Of a stretch of DNA of 64,000 bases, positions 49,055 through 59,022 are shown piece by piece. A program made the position numbers and the translations under genes. The DNA is from Longimicrobiales bacterium. GTDB lineage: Bacteria > Gemmatimonadota > Gemmatimonadetes > Longimicrobiales > Gaopeijiaceae. Where the stretch lies: positions 224,001-288,000 of the forward strand of contig CBDCKN010000015.1 in NCBI GenBank assembly GCA_965218295.1, in the 5' to 3' direction. The notes under the pieces are model-generated. The model did not search any database. It saw only the letters and a list, made by a program, of their open reading frames with translations, and was not told the DNA's origin. Positions within the stretch are counted from its first letter, which is position 1; the number at the start of each line of letters is the position of its first letter.

Positions 49055-50125
49055 ATGAACCAGCCCACAGCCTTCCTCGAGAGCCTCCTCGATGCGCCGG
49101 GGCCCTCGGGATTCGAGGTCCGCCCCGCCCGTGTATGGCGCGCAGAGGCCGAGACCTTCGCGGACTCGGTGACGACCGACGTGAGCGGGAACACCTTCGC
49201 CCTGGTGAACCCGGACGGCAGGCCGCGCGTCATGATGGCGGGCCATATCGACGAGATAGGGCTCCAGGCTACGCACATCGACGAGGACGGCTTCCTCTAC
49301 GTCGACGGCATCGGCGGATGGGATCCCCAAGTGCTGGTGGGCCAACGGGTCCGGATACTGGGAAGGTCGGGTGATGTGCAGGGAGTCGTGGGCAAGAAGG
49401 CCATCCACCTCATCAAGGACGAGGAGCGCACGAAGGCGTCGGAGATCAGGCGACTGTGGGTCGACGTCGGGGTGTCGTCGGCCGAAGAGGCCGGTGCGCT
49501 GGGGCTGCGGGTGGGCGATCCCCTGGTGATCGACGCCCAGATGGTTCGCCTGGCCGGGGATCGTGTGGCGAGTCGTGCCATCGACAACCGAATCGGGGCG
49601 TTCGTGGTGCTCGAGGCGCTTCGACTCCTCTCGGAGTCGTCTCCCACAGCGTCGGTGGTGGCCGTTGCAACGGTGCAGGAGGAGATCGGCGGCGGTGGGG
49701 GGGGAGGGGCCCGAAGCAGCGCCTTCGCGCTCGAGCCTGACGTGGCGCTGGTGGTGGACGTGACGTTCAGCACCGACGTCCCGGACATCGAGAAGAAGGA
49801 GCTGGGGGAGCACCGCCTCGGTGGAGGTCCCGTGCTCAGCCGGGGATCGGCTGCCCACCCCGTAGTGTTCGATCGCCTCGTGGAGGTCGCCGAGGCCGAG
49901 GGCATTGCACACACCATCCAAGCGGCGCCCAAGGCGACGCGCACGGATGCGGACTCCATCTATCTGAGTCGGGGTGGGGTCCCGACGGGTCTCGTGTCCG
50001 TACCGAACCGCTACATGCACTCGCCCAACGAGATCGTGAGTCTCGCGGACCTCGAGAGCACGGCTCGCCTCCTGGCGGCCTTCGTCCAGGGTCTCCAGGA
50101 GGACACGGACTTCACTCCGCGTTAG
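49055..50125 (+). CDS. M42 family metallo-aminopeptidase
   Basis: GPSGFE, GHIDEIG, DNRIG, VQEEIG, VDVT, RYMHSPNE. Confidence 0.93.
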   Translation: MNQPTAFLESLLDAPGPSGFEVRPARVWRAEAETFADSVTTDVSGNTFALVNPDGRPRVMMAGHIDEIGLQATHIDEDGFLYVDGIGGWDPQVLVGQRVRILGRSGDVQGVVGKKAIHLIKDEERTKASEIRRLWVDVGVSSAEEAGALGLRVGDPLVIDAQMVRLAGDRVASRAIDNRIGAFVVLEALRLLSESSPTASVVAVATVQEEIGGGGGGGARSSAFALEPDVALVVDVTFSTDVPDIEKKELGEHRLGGGPVLSRGSAAHPVVFDRLVEVAEAEGIAHTIQAAPKATRTDADSIYLSRGGVPTGLVSVPNRYMHSPNEIVSLADLESTARLLAAFVQGLQEDTDFTPR

Positions 50126-50129
50126 CGGC

Positions 50130-50158
50130 TTGACCCTGGGAGGGCTCTCTTCTACCCT
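50130..50158 (+). promoter_or_regulatory. Candidate sigma-70 promoter
   Basis: TTGACC-17 nt-TACCCT upstream of the GAF gene. Confidence 0.45.
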
Positions 50159-50225
50159 TTCGGGTTCGGCAAGGCCGCTGAAGCTGGGGATTTTCCCCAC
50201 TTTCACAGAACTGGAACTGATCCGC

Positions 50226-50696
50226 ATGTTAGAAGTCAACGAATTGGTGAGCGAGCTGCAGACCCTGAGGGACGACGGATTCCTCTCGGATGCGCTGCTC
50301 CGCCATGCCGTGAAGGGCATCAGCTCGTCCGATGACCGATTCGACTGGGTGGGCGTATATCTCCTCAACGCCGACGAGAACGTGCTCTGGTTGCACAACT
50401 ACGTGGGAAAGGCGACCACCCACGCCAAGATTCCGGTGGGCGAGGGTGTGTGTGGCACTGCGGTCGCCCGCGGCGAGAACATCAACGTCCCCGACGTGAG
50501 CGCGGTGGACAACTACCTCGCGTGTGACCCAAGGGTGAAGTCGGAGATGATCGTGCTCATTCGCGCCGGCGACGACATCTTCGGGGAGATCGACCTCGAC
50601 AGCAGGACTGCCGCGGCGTTCACTGATGACGATGACCTGGCCATACAGTCGGTGGCAGATAAGCTGGCCGAGCAGTTGGTGGCGGAGCGCCGCTGA
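50226..50696 (+). CDS. GAF-domain protein, free methionine-R-sulfoxide reductase-like
   Basis: DWVGVY, IPVGEGVCG, YLAC....SE, EIDLDS. Confidence 0.8.
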   Translation: MLEVNELVSELQTLRDDGFLSDALLRHAVKGISSSDDRFDWVGVYLLNADENVLWLHNYVGKATTHAKIPVGEGVCGTAVARGENINVPDVSAVDNYLACDPRVKSEMIVLIRAGDDIFGEIDLDSRTAAAFTDDDDLAIQSVADKLAEQLVAERR

Positions 50697-50706
50697 CGCT
50701 CGCCAG

Positions 50707-51432
50707 GTGAGGCCCCGCTGCATCGTAGCTGACAATCCGGGCCCGTTCACGCTCGACGGGACCCGGACGTACCTGGTAGGTCATAGACGGGTGGCCATAA
50801 TCGATCCCGGTCCGGACGTGGAGAGCCACGTGCGGGCCGTCGCGCATGCCGTGGCGGAGGCCGAGGACGTCTGGGTACTCCTCACTCACGGCCACGCCGA
50901 TCACGCCGGCGGGGCGGAGGCGGTAGCTGGTGCGGTGGGGGCGGATATCCTGGGCGTGGGAATATCGGCCGCCAGGGCGCTCGGTGACTCTGAGACAGTG
51001 GAGACGGACCAAGGTCGTCTCGTGAGCGTCGAAACCCCCGGCCACAGCCGAGAACACGTGGCGTTCCACTGGCTCGAGGCCAGCGCGGGCTTTCCCGGGG
51101 ACCTCGTCCTGGGCCGTGGCGAGACCACATGGGTCGGCGAGTACGAGGGATGCGTCGCCGACTACCTGGATTCACTCGAGCGGCTTCGCGCCCTGCGGTG
51201 CAGCGTGCTCTACCCGGCCCACGGACCCCCCGTGGAGGATCCGGACAGGACGCTGGACGCCTTCGATGCACACCGTCGCGAGAGGATCCGGCAAGTGCAG
51301 GAGACTCTGGCGGTGCGTCCCGAGGCCACCACGAACGAGCTGGTGGCGGAAGTGTACGGAACCACGATCCCCGAGGGTCTCGAGGCCGCGGCGGGGAAGA
51401 GCGTGGAGGCCATTCGGCACTTCCTGGTGTAG
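50707..51432 (+). CDS. MBL-fold metallo-hydrolase
   Basis: NPGPFTLDGT, THGHADH, TPGHS..H, GD, PAHG. Confidence 0.88.
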   Translation: MRPRCIVADNPGPFTLDGTRTYLVGHRRVAIIDPGPDVESHVRAVAHAVAEAEDVWVLLTHGHADHAGGAEAVAGAVGADILGVGISAARALGDSETVETDQGRLVSVETPGHSREHVAFHWLEASAGFPGDLVLGRGETTWVGEYEGCVADYLDSLERLRALRCSVLYPAHGPPVEDPDRTLDAFDAHRRERIRQVQETLAVRPEATTNELVAEVYGTTIPEGLEAAAGKSVEAIRHFLV

Positions 51433-51481
51433 CTACCGGATTTCCGCAGCAGTACACTGGTACCCTGAGAAGGGAGCCCCC

Positions 51482-52891
51482 TTGCCGGACTCACTAGCGC
51501 AGTCACTCGAAAAGAAGCTGAAAGGCGTCGTCGGTGATGCCTGGGTCATCTCGGACCCGAATCGGCTCCTGGCGTACGAGTCCGACGGGCTGACGGCGTA
51601 CCGGATGCTGCCGATGGCCGTGGTGCTTCCCAAGGACACCGACGAGGTCAGCCGGGTCCTCGAGCTCCTCTCGAAGGAAGGCGTGCCGGTCGTGCCCCGC
51701 GGGGCGGGAACCGGGCTTTCCGGAGGTGCCCTCGCGGGTGAGGGGTGCATCGTGGTAGGGACGGCACGCATGAACCGGATCCTCGAGGTCGATCCGGAGA
51801 ACCGCCTGGCTCTGGTGCAGCCGGGCGTGATCAACGTGGATCTCACGGATGCGGCTTCCCCGTTCGGGCTCTACTATGCGCCCGATCCGTCGTCTCAGAG
51901 CGCCTGCACGCTGGGAGGCAACGTGGCCGAGAACTCGGGAGGGCCCCACTGCCTCAAGTACGGAGTCACCTCACGCTACGTCACGGGTCTCACCATGGTG
52001 ACGTACGGAGGGCAGGTGTCGCGTCTGGGTGGTTTCGGGCGGGAGCCGGGGGGCTACGATCTGGTGGGGCTCTTCGTGGGATCCGAGGGGTGCTTCGGCA
52101 TCGCCACGGAGATCGAGATGCGCCTCCTCCCGAAGCCGGAGGGAGTCCGGACGCTACTGGGGATCTTCGACGAGCTCGAGGACGCCGGCCGAGCCGTGAC
52201 CACCATCATGGCCGACGGCCTTCTGCCGGCCGCATTGGAGATCATCGACGGTCCGACCATCCGGGCGGTGGAGGCCAGCGTGTACGCCGGAGGGTACCCG
52301 ACGGACGCCGAGGCGGCACTCGTCATCGAGTTCGACGGGGTCGAGGCAGGGCTGGGCGCCGACGTCGAGCGGGCCGTCGTCCACTGCCGGGAGGCCGGCG
52401 CACGGGACGTCCGTACGGCGGAGTCGGACCAGGAGCGGCTGGTGCTCTGGCAGGGGCGTAAGAAGGCTTTCGGCGCCATGGGCCGCATCGCCCCGGATCT
52501 GCTTGTTCAGGACGCCACCGTCCCCCGAAGCCGCCTGCCCGACGTCCTGGGACGGATCTCGGAGATCGGGAAGCGATACGATCTGACCGTGGCGAACGTC
52601 TTCCACGCCGGGGACGGCAATCTCCATCCGAACATTCTCTTCGACCGAGGCGATCCCGACGAGATCGAGCGCGTGGAGGAGGCCTCGAAGGAGATCATGG
52701 CTGTGTGCGTCGAGGTGGGGGGTACCATCACCGGAGAGCATGGTGTGGGCCTGGACAAGCGCTCATACATGTCGCTGGTGCACAGCCCGGACGAGCTGGA
52801 GGCCATGCGCCGGGTCCAGGCCGTGTTCGACCCCAGTGGGGGCATGAACCTGGGAAAGGTGCTCCCCGAGCCGTTGGAGGTAGCGCCGTGA
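51482..52891 (+). CDS. glcD: Glycolate oxidase FAD subunit
   Basis: RGAGTGLSGG, PDPSSQ.ACT.GGNVAENSGG, HAGDGNLHP, GEHGVG. Confidence 0.9.
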   Translation: MPDSLAQSLEKKLKGVVGDAWVISDPNRLLAYESDGLTAYRMLPMAVVLPKDTDEVSRVLELLSKEGVPVVPRGAGTGLSGGALAGEGCIVVGTARMNRILEVDPENRLALVQPGVINVDLTDAASPFGLYYAPDPSSQSACTLGGNVAENSGGPHCLKYGVTSRYVTGLTMVTYGGQVSRLGGFGREPGGYDLVGLFVGSEGCFGIATEIEMRLLPKPEGVRTLLGIFDELEDAGRAVTTIMADGLLPAALEIIDGPTIRAVEASVYAGGYPTDAEAALVIEFDGVEAGLGADVERAVVHCREAGARDVRTAESDQERLVLWQGRKKAFGAMGRIAPDLLVQDATVPRSRLPDVLGRISEIGKRYDLTVANVFHAGDGNLHPNILFDRGDPDEIERVEEASKEIMAVCVEVGGTITGEHGVGLDKRSYMSLVHSPDELEAMRRVQAVFDPSGGMNLGKVLPEPLEVAP

Positions 52892-54201
52892 ACCCCATAG
52901 CGGCTCTCCTGGCCAGCCAGCTGCCTGAAGGACAGGTCGTGGACGGCTTCCGTGCGGAGGCATGGGCCGTGTGCGATCGAGTTCCCCACGCGGTCGTCTT
53001 TCCGGAGAGCCAGAACGAGGTGGCGCAGGTCCTGAGCATGGCCAGTGCCCAGGGTTGGCGCTGCGTGCCGAGTGGCAAGGGCACCTGGCTGACGGGCGGG
53101 CAGCCCCCGGAGGGCGTGGAGGTGGTGCTCAGCACGACTCGGATGGATCGTGTGCTCGCCCACGAGCCCGACGACCTCTTCATCACGGCCGAGGCGGGGA
53201 TCGGCCTGGATCTCTTGGCCCGGCGCGTCCTGGAGGGTCGGCAGTGGCTTCCTCTCGACCCGCCCGGTGCCATGCGCGGGAGCCTCGGGGCGACGGTGAG
53301 CACGGCGTCCGCCGGGCCACTTCAGGCGGGCTTCGGCACGCCGAGGGATCACGTCCTGGGGGCGACGCTCGCCACGGGCGACGGCCGCCTGCTCCGCCTG
53401 GGCGGCAAGGTGGTGAAGAACGTGGCCGGGTTCGACCTTCTCAAGCTCGTCCTGGGGAGCTGGGGCACGCTGGGCGTGATCACGTCGGTAACGATCCGGC
53501 TGCACCCCGTGCCGGAGCTCGACCGGACCCTGCTGTTCGAGAGCCCCGACGTGCACTCGGCGGCGCGACTGGCCCGTGCCATCGCAGGGTCCCCGGTCTC
53601 GCTTGCAGCAGTCGAGCTGTTGGCACCCGGGGAGCGAGAGGGGAGGGATCGGAGCAGCGCGCCCCTGGTGGCAGTTCGGATCCTGGAGTCGCCGCCGGCG
53701 GCCGAGGAGGTCGAGCGCGTTGTGTCCGAGCGGGCGGATACCGCCCCGTTCAAGCGCATGGACGGGCAGGATTCCCAGGCCATCTTCGAGAACATTCGAG
53801 GCATGGAGGACGGTGCGGAGCTGGTGATCCGGTTGAGCCTCCTTCCGTCCAGAATGTCCGACCTGGTCGAGATGGCGGTGGGCCTCGCGGAGCTGGCCGA
53901 TCCGGATGTGGGGTGGGGGGCCCGGATGGCGGCTCATGCCCAGACGGGAGTGCTGCGCGTCATGATCGCCCGCGTGCACCGGCGGGAGGGATGGCTGGAG
54001 AGCGCCGTGTCCTTCCTGGCCAACCTCAGGCTTTCGCTCGAATCGGAGGGCGGGAGCATGGTCATCTCGCAGGGGCCACCGGAGGTCGTGGGGACGATGG
54101 GAGCCTGGGGAGAGGTGGGCTCTGCGAGGGGTCTCATGCGAGATCTTCAGAGGGAGTTCGATCCGGCATCGATTCTGACGCCCGGGAGGTTTGCATCGTG
54201 A
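52888..54201 (+). CDS. glcE: Glycolate oxidase FAD-binding subunit
   Basis: LPLDPP, GGKVVKNVAGFDL.KL..GSWGTLG, FDP..IL.PGRF. Confidence 0.88.
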   Translation: MNPIAALLASQLPEGQVVDGFRAEAWAVCDRVPHAVVFPESQNEVAQVLSMASAQGWRCVPSGKGTWLTGGQPPEGVEVVLSTTRMDRVLAHEPDDLFITAEAGIGLDLLARRVLEGRQWLPLDPPGAMRGSLGATVSTASAGPLQAGFGTPRDHVLGATLATGDGRLLRLGGKVVKNVAGFDLLKLVLGSWGTLGVITSVTIRLHPVPELDRTLLFESPDVHSAARLARAIAGSPVSLAAVELLAPGEREGRDRSSAPLVAVRILESPPAAEEVERVVSERADTAPFKRMDGQDSQAIFENIRGMEDGAELVIRLSLLPSRMSDLVEMAVGLAELADPDVGWGARMAAHAQTGVLRVMIARVHRREGWLESAVSFLANLRLSLESEGGSMVISQGPPEVVGTMGAWGEVGSARGLMRDLQREFDPASILTPGRFAS

Positions 54202-54271
54202 TCCGCCGTCCCTTCGCCATCCTCCTCGCGGCAACGATCCCAGCTGCCTCCATCCGGGGAGGGCTTTCCCG

Positions 54272-55630
54272 GTGAGCGCCCAACGAGGCACGGCGCTGGC
54301 CGCCGCCCTACAGGCACAGGAGGAACGCCTACTTCCTTGCGTCCACTGCGGCTTCTGCCTTCCGGCGTGTCCCACCTACGTCCGGCTGGGGGACGAGAAC
54401 GACTCGCCGCGCGGGAGGCTTCATCTCATGCGCGCCGTGGTGGAGGGGAGGCTTCCCGCCGCGTCGGACGCGTTCCAGACACACATCGACCGGTGCCTGG
54501 GGTGCAGGGCGTGCGAGCCGGTCTGCCCCTCGGGTGTGGAGTACGGCATCCTGCTGGAGCGCGCGCGGGAGGTGGCCTTCCGGGCGCGGAAGCCCCGGAT
54601 GTCGGTCCGGGCTCTCCTGTCCGTGTTCAGGCGAGGCGTCTTGCTGCGCTCGAGCATGGCCTTCGCGAGGATGGCTCGCGGCCTGGGGCTGGCGTGGCTC
54701 GGGGCGAAGCTGACTCCAGGGTTCCGGTCGCTCCATCCCGTGCGCTTCGGGCTCGCCATGCTCGCGGCGAGCCGAGGCTCGCGCCTGTTCTCAGCCGCTC
54801 CCGCGAAATCGGCTTCCTCGCCTGTGGCTGTCCCTGCCGGGGACGCACCCGGAGCGGGCGACGCCGGGGAGGATGCCGCGGAAGCACCACTGCGGGTTGC
54901 CCTCCTCACCGGGTGCGTCCAGGCGGGGCTCTTTGCCCGTGTGAACGACGCGACTGAGAGGGTTCTCAGGGCGAACGGGTTCGAGATTGTGCGGGTGGTG
55001 GGCCAGAAGTGCTGTGGAGCCCTGCACGTACATGCCGGCGATGCCGAAGGCGCCCGCAGGCTCGCTCGAGCGAATGTAGCCGCTTTCGAGAAGTCGAAGG
55101 TCGACTTCGTCGCCGTCAACGCGGCGGGGTGTGGTGCGACGCTGAAGGAGTACGGCCACCTTCTGGCCGGCGACTCGACGTACGCAGAGACGGCCACCCG
55201 GCTCGGCGATGCCACCCGCGACGTCTCGGAGCTGTTGGCCGTGGCCGGAGTGCGACGTGGAGCGCCGGTCCCCCTTCGGGTCACGTACGACGCAGCGTGC
55301 CACCTCTGCCACGCCCAGCGCCTGAAGGAGGCGCCACGGGCGATGCTCGAGGCGATTCCCGAGCTGGATCTCGTGCCTCTTCCGGACGAGGAGGAGTGCT
55401 GTGGGGGAGCGGGCATCTACGGCATGACCCACCCCGAGCTCGGTGGACGTATCGGCTCGGACAAAGTGGCCTCTGTGATCGGCACGGGAGCGGCGGCGGT
55501 GGTGACCGCCAATCCCGGCTGCATCATGCAGATCGGTGCCGGCCTCCTGCTTCGGGGCTCTCGGATCAAGGCACATCATCCGGTAGAGCTCCTGGACGAG
55601 AGCTACAAGCGCGCCGGATTCTATCGATGA
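54272..55630 (+). CDS. glcF: Glycolate oxidase iron-sulfur subunit
   Basis: CVHCGFCLPACP, DSPRGR, CLGCRACEPVCP, two CCG domains. Confidence 0.9.
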   Translation: MSAQRGTALAAALQAQEERLLPCVHCGFCLPACPTYVRLGDENDSPRGRLHLMRAVVEGRLPAASDAFQTHIDRCLGCRACEPVCPSGVEYGILLERAREVAFRARKPRMSVRALLSVFRRGVLLRSSMAFARMARGLGLAWLGAKLTPGFRSLHPVRFGLAMLAASRGSRLFSAAPAKSASSPVAVPAGDAPGAGDAGEDAAEAPLRVALLTGCVQAGLFARVNDATERVLRANGFEIVRVVGQKCCGALHVHAGDAEGARRLARANVAAFEKSKVDFVAVNAAGCGATLKEYGHLLAGDSTYAETATRLGDATRDVSELLAVAGVRRGAPVPLRVTYDAACHLCHAQRLKEAPRAMLEAIPELDLVPLPDEEECCGGAGIYGMTHPELGGRIGSDKVASVIGTGAAAVVTANPGCIMQIGAGLLLRGSRIKAHHPVELLDESYKRAGFYR

Positions 55631-55661
55631 GGGGACCATCACCGAGCAGTGGGAGGTCCAC

Positions 55662-56834
55662 GTGACGGATCCGGTCGCCGGGCGGATCGTCGAGTTCATG
55701 TCCGATCGTAGGGACGCGATCGTGAAGCTGTTGACCGACCTGGCCAGCCTGGAGTCTCCCTCCCTCGTGCCGGAGACCCAGCTCCCGGTGCAGGCTCTCG
55801 TGCGAGGCTCGCTCGAGGAGATCGGTTTCGAGTGCAGCCACATCCCCGGAGAGAAGACGGGGGGACACATCCAGCTGTCGCCGCGGGGCCACGAGGCGAA
55901 CCAGGCACCGATTCAGCTCCTGGTCGGTCACACGGACACCGTGTGGCCCCTGGGAACCCTGGACCGCATGCCGGTGGAGGTCGACGAAGAGAGAGGCGTG
56001 GTGCGCGGTCCCGGGGTCTTCGACATGAAGGCGGGCATCGTGCAGATCGTGTTCGCCCTCCGTGCGCTGGCGGAGATGGGCCTGCAGCCCGAAGTCACAC
56101 CGGTCGTGTTCCTGAACTCGGACGAGGAGATCGGGAGCCCGGAGTCCCACCCCCACGTGGAGCGCCTGGCCAAGAGCGCGAGCCGCGTGCTGGTGCTGGA
56201 GCCGGCTCTCGGCCCCGAAGGGAAGATCAAGACGACCCGTCGGGGTGTCGGGCAGTTCGAGATCCGGGTGGTGGGTAAGGCGTCTCACTCCGGTCTCGCC
56301 CCCGAGGAGGGGGCGAGCGCCATCCAGGAGATGTCCCACGTCATCCAGGCCCTTCACGGACTCACGGATCTGGACGGTGGCATCGGAGTGAACGTGGGGA
56401 CGGTCACGGGGGGCACACAGGCTAACGTTGTGGCCGCGGAGTGTCGTGCACTGGTGGACGTCCGGGTCATGACTCTCGCCGACGCCCGCACCGTGGAGAA
56501 GGCGATCCGGGGTCTCGAGGCCACCACCCCCGGGACGCGCTTGGAGATCGAAGGGGCGGTGACTCGGGCTCCCATGGAGGCGACGCCTCGCAACCAGGCT
56601 CTCTGGGAGGCGGTGCGGGAGTGCGGGCTGAGAATGGGGGTCGAGCTGGCCGAAGGACTCTCGGGAGGCGCCTCCGACGGGAACACCACGAGCCTGTATG
56701 CCGCGACGGTGGATGGCCTGGGTGTCGTGGGCAACGGCGCCCACGCCCATCACGAGTACGTGAGCATGGACAAGCTGCTGGAGAGGACGGCTCTGCTGGC
56801 CCTCATCCTCATGCTTCCGCAACTGGACGGATAG
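55662..56834 (+). CDS. M20 family metallopeptidase (carboxypeptidase G2 / desuccinylase-like)
   Basis: GHTDTV, GPGVFDMKAG, DEEIGS, LEP, GGASDGN, AHAHHE. Confidence 0.9.
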   Translation: MTDPVAGRIVEFMSDRRDAIVKLLTDLASLESPSLVPETQLPVQALVRGSLEEIGFECSHIPGEKTGGHIQLSPRGHEANQAPIQLLVGHTDTVWPLGTLDRMPVEVDEERGVVRGPGVFDMKAGIVQIVFALRALAEMGLQPEVTPVVFLNSDEEIGSPESHPHVERLAKSASRVLVLEPALGPEGKIKTTRRGVGQFEIRVVGKASHSGLAPEEGASAIQEMSHVIQALHGLTDLDGGIGVNVGTVTGGTQANVVAAECRALVDVRVMTLADARTVEKAIRGLEATTPGTRLEIEGAVTRAPMEATPRNQALWEAVRECGLRMGVELAEGLSGGASDGNTTSLYAATVDGLGVVGNGAHAHHEYVSMDKLLERTALLALILMLPQLDG

Positions 56835-56974
56835 GCTCGGACAGGCTCCTCGGGAACCTCTGCACAAGCCTGGTGGGCCTCGTTACGGGCGTCATGGCCT
56901 AGGCGAGAGCATCCCGCCCCCTCTTGACGAAGAGCCTTGCAACCCTTGGGTGGACCGAGGAATCTGGACTTGAT

Positions 56975-57069
56975 GTTGGTGCTGCAACAGCATATATTGA
57001 TACTGCAACTTTCCTCACGCGGCGTCGACGTGTAGTTGGCACTACAACCTTACAAGTTGCTCATGCAAC
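56975..57069. promoter_or_regulatory. Four GTTG-N6-CAAC palindromes, probable MarR operators
   Basis: Sites at 56975, 56996 (ATTG variant), 57035 and 57056, directly upstream of the MarR gene. Confidence 0.7.
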
Positions 57070-57081
57070 ATAGAGGCCGTC

Positions 57082-57624
57082 ATGTCCGATGAGGGCTCCA
57101 GCGAAGGGCTCGGTGTCGGCGGCGTCGAGGTCAGTCCGGACACGGACATGTCCGTGGACCAGGAGACTGACCAGCACACCGGCGCGTCCGCATGGATGGA
57201 CGTCGCCGCGGCGCGAGAGGTCCTCCGGTCTTGCGTCTGCAGCCGCACCCGCATGTTGGACCGTCTTCTGACACAACTCTACGACGACGCCCTGGCCCCC
57301 ATTGGGCTACGGGCCAATCAGCTCACCGTGCTCTCCCTTGTCGCGTCTATGGACGGCCTGCGGGCCGTAGACGTGAGTCGCTACCTCGAGATGGACAAGT
57401 CCACGGTGAGCCGTGGACTTGCGCTGCTCCGGGAGAAGGGCTGGGTGGAGGACCGGGGACCCAAAACGCTGGCCCTCACCCGCGAGGGCTCGAGCATTCT
57501 GAGTCGTGCGATGCCCCATTGGAGGCGGGCTGGCGAGGAGGCCGAGCATCTGCTCGGCGAGACGAGCGTCGAGGCCCTCCGTTGTGCCGCGGACGCGTTC
57601 CTTATCCGCCGGGCCCGAGCATAG
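57082..57624 (+). CDS. MarR-family transcriptional regulator
   Basis: CVC...R...R..TQLYDDAL...GL...Q..VL; wHTH MDKSTVSR.L..L..KGWV. Confidence 0.88.
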   Translation: MSDEGSSEGLGVGGVEVSPDTDMSVDQETDQHTGASAWMDVAAAREVLRSCVCSRTRMLDRLLTQLYDDALAPIGLRANQLTVLSLVASMDGLRAVDVSRYLEMDKSTVSRGLALLREKGWVEDRGPKTLALTREGSSILSRAMPHWRRAGEEAEHLLGETSVEALRCAADAFLIRRARA

Positions 57625-57639
57625 AAGGCTGTTGACGGA

Positions 57640-58080
57640 GTACAGCGGGTCGTCAGCCGTGCTGACGTGCCGCCACCAGTCCACCCGTACGAGATCAGCC
57701 GTGACACCATGGAGCTCAGCGACCATCCGAAGAGGATCGGCCGCCGTCCCTGTCCCGTCCTCCACCACACGCGCTCCAGGACGGCCTTCAGGTCGCGGGC
57801 GGCCCGGTCGGGGGTCAGCCAGCCAGTCTCGTCGCTCGGGGTCTCCCATATCCCCGCAAGTCCACCGCGAAGGTGGCGTAGCCCGCTTCGATAAGCCCGT
57901 CCATGGGAGAGAGGCCTCGACGGGCACCTGGAGGTCGAAGTCCGGACGGCCGCTCCAGGTACGCCTGTGGACCAGCACGATCACACCCTTTGGGCTTGGC
58001 CCGGCCTTCTCCCAGATGGCCGCCGGGTGGCCGTCGACCTCGGCCGTACGGCGAATGGGGGCCTGTCCATGGACCGAGGC
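57640..58080 (-). pseudogene. Degraded alpha/beta hydrolase
   Basis: VLVH(R)RTWS..PDFDL, GYATFAVDLRGYG and LFGWSL(S)S lie in three frames, joined by 1-nt deletions near 57914 and 57845. Confidence 0.75.
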
Positions 58081-58179
58081 CGTAGGGGGTCGATGGCCAA
58101 GCTGGTCTCCGGCCCCCGACCGCCGCAAGTTGTCCGGCGGAGCGTCACACTCACATCGTCATTCCAGGAGCCGGCCGGG

Positions 58180-59022
58180 ATGGGGCCCGACCTCACGATC
58201 CGCCCCTTCGAGACCATCGAGGAGTTTCAGGACTGCGTCCGCTTGCAGAAGGAGGCCTGGGGGAGCGGCTTCTCGGATCTGGTGGGCGTGGCCATCCTCA
58301 AGGTCAGCCAACGCCTGGGGGGCATCGCGGCCGGAGCCTACGACGAGAGGGGCGAGCTGGCCGGGTTCGTCTATGGGATGACCGGCGTGGAGAGCGGCGA
58401 GGTCGTCCACTGGTCCGACATGCTGGCGGTGCGCCCAGGGCTCCAGAACGCGGGCCTGGGCGCTCGTCTCAAGGCCTATCAGCGGGACAGGCTCCTGGCG
58501 ATGGGCATCACTCGTGTGCACTGGACGTTCGATCCTCTGGAGTCCAAGAACGCGCATCTGAACCTGAACAAGCTCGGCGCGGTGGCGAGGGAGTACGTGC
58601 AGGACATGTACGGCCAGACCGACTCGCCTCTTCACTCGGGGATCGGGACGGATCGCTTGGTGCCGACGTGGACGTTGGACTCCGAGAGAGTGGTCCAGCG
58701 CCTGGTCGAGGGCCGGTCAGGACCCGAGGTGGGTGCGGATGAGGGGGCCGTGCACGCCTTCGACGTCGTCGGTGAGGGAGGCCTGATCCTCCCCGGCGAA
58801 CCAGACCTGTCGCTGGAGACGTCCCGAATCCTCGTCCCGATTCCGGCATCCATCCAAGAGCTCAAGAGTGAGTCGCTCGAGGCGGCCGTGCGGTGGCGCC
58901 ACGCCACTCGTGCCGCGTTGTCCTCCTACCTGGCCAGGGGCTACGAGGTGCGGGAGCTGTACCGTCGTGGGCAGCACTCAGAATATCTTCTGGGACACCA
59001 CGCTAAGAGAGGAGCCCCGTGA
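58180..59022 (+). CDS. GNAT acyltransferase (COG3375-like, putative D-amino acid succinyltransferase)
   Basis: HWSDMLAV.P..Q..GLG..LK..QR, WTFDPL..KNAHLN..KLG, TDRL; AGGAG RBS. Confidence 0.82.
   Translation: MGPDLTIRPFETIEEFQDCVRLQKEAWGSGFSDLVGVAILKVSQRLGGIAAGAYDERGELAGFVYGMTGVESGEVVHWSDMLAVRPGLQNAGLGARLKAYQRDRLLAMGITRVHWTFDPLESKNAHLNLNKLGAVAREYVQDMYGQTDSPLHSGIGTDRLVPTWTLDSERVVQRLVEGRSGPEVGADEGAVHAFDVVGEGGLILPGEPDLSLETSRILVPIPASIQELKSESLEAAVRWRHATRAALSSYLARGYEVRELYRRGQHSEYLLGHHAKRGAP

Noticed and set aside
57036..57053. TTGGCAC as a sigma-54 -24 element
   Set aside because: No TTGC at the -12 position; better explained as part of the GTTG-N6-CAAC operator
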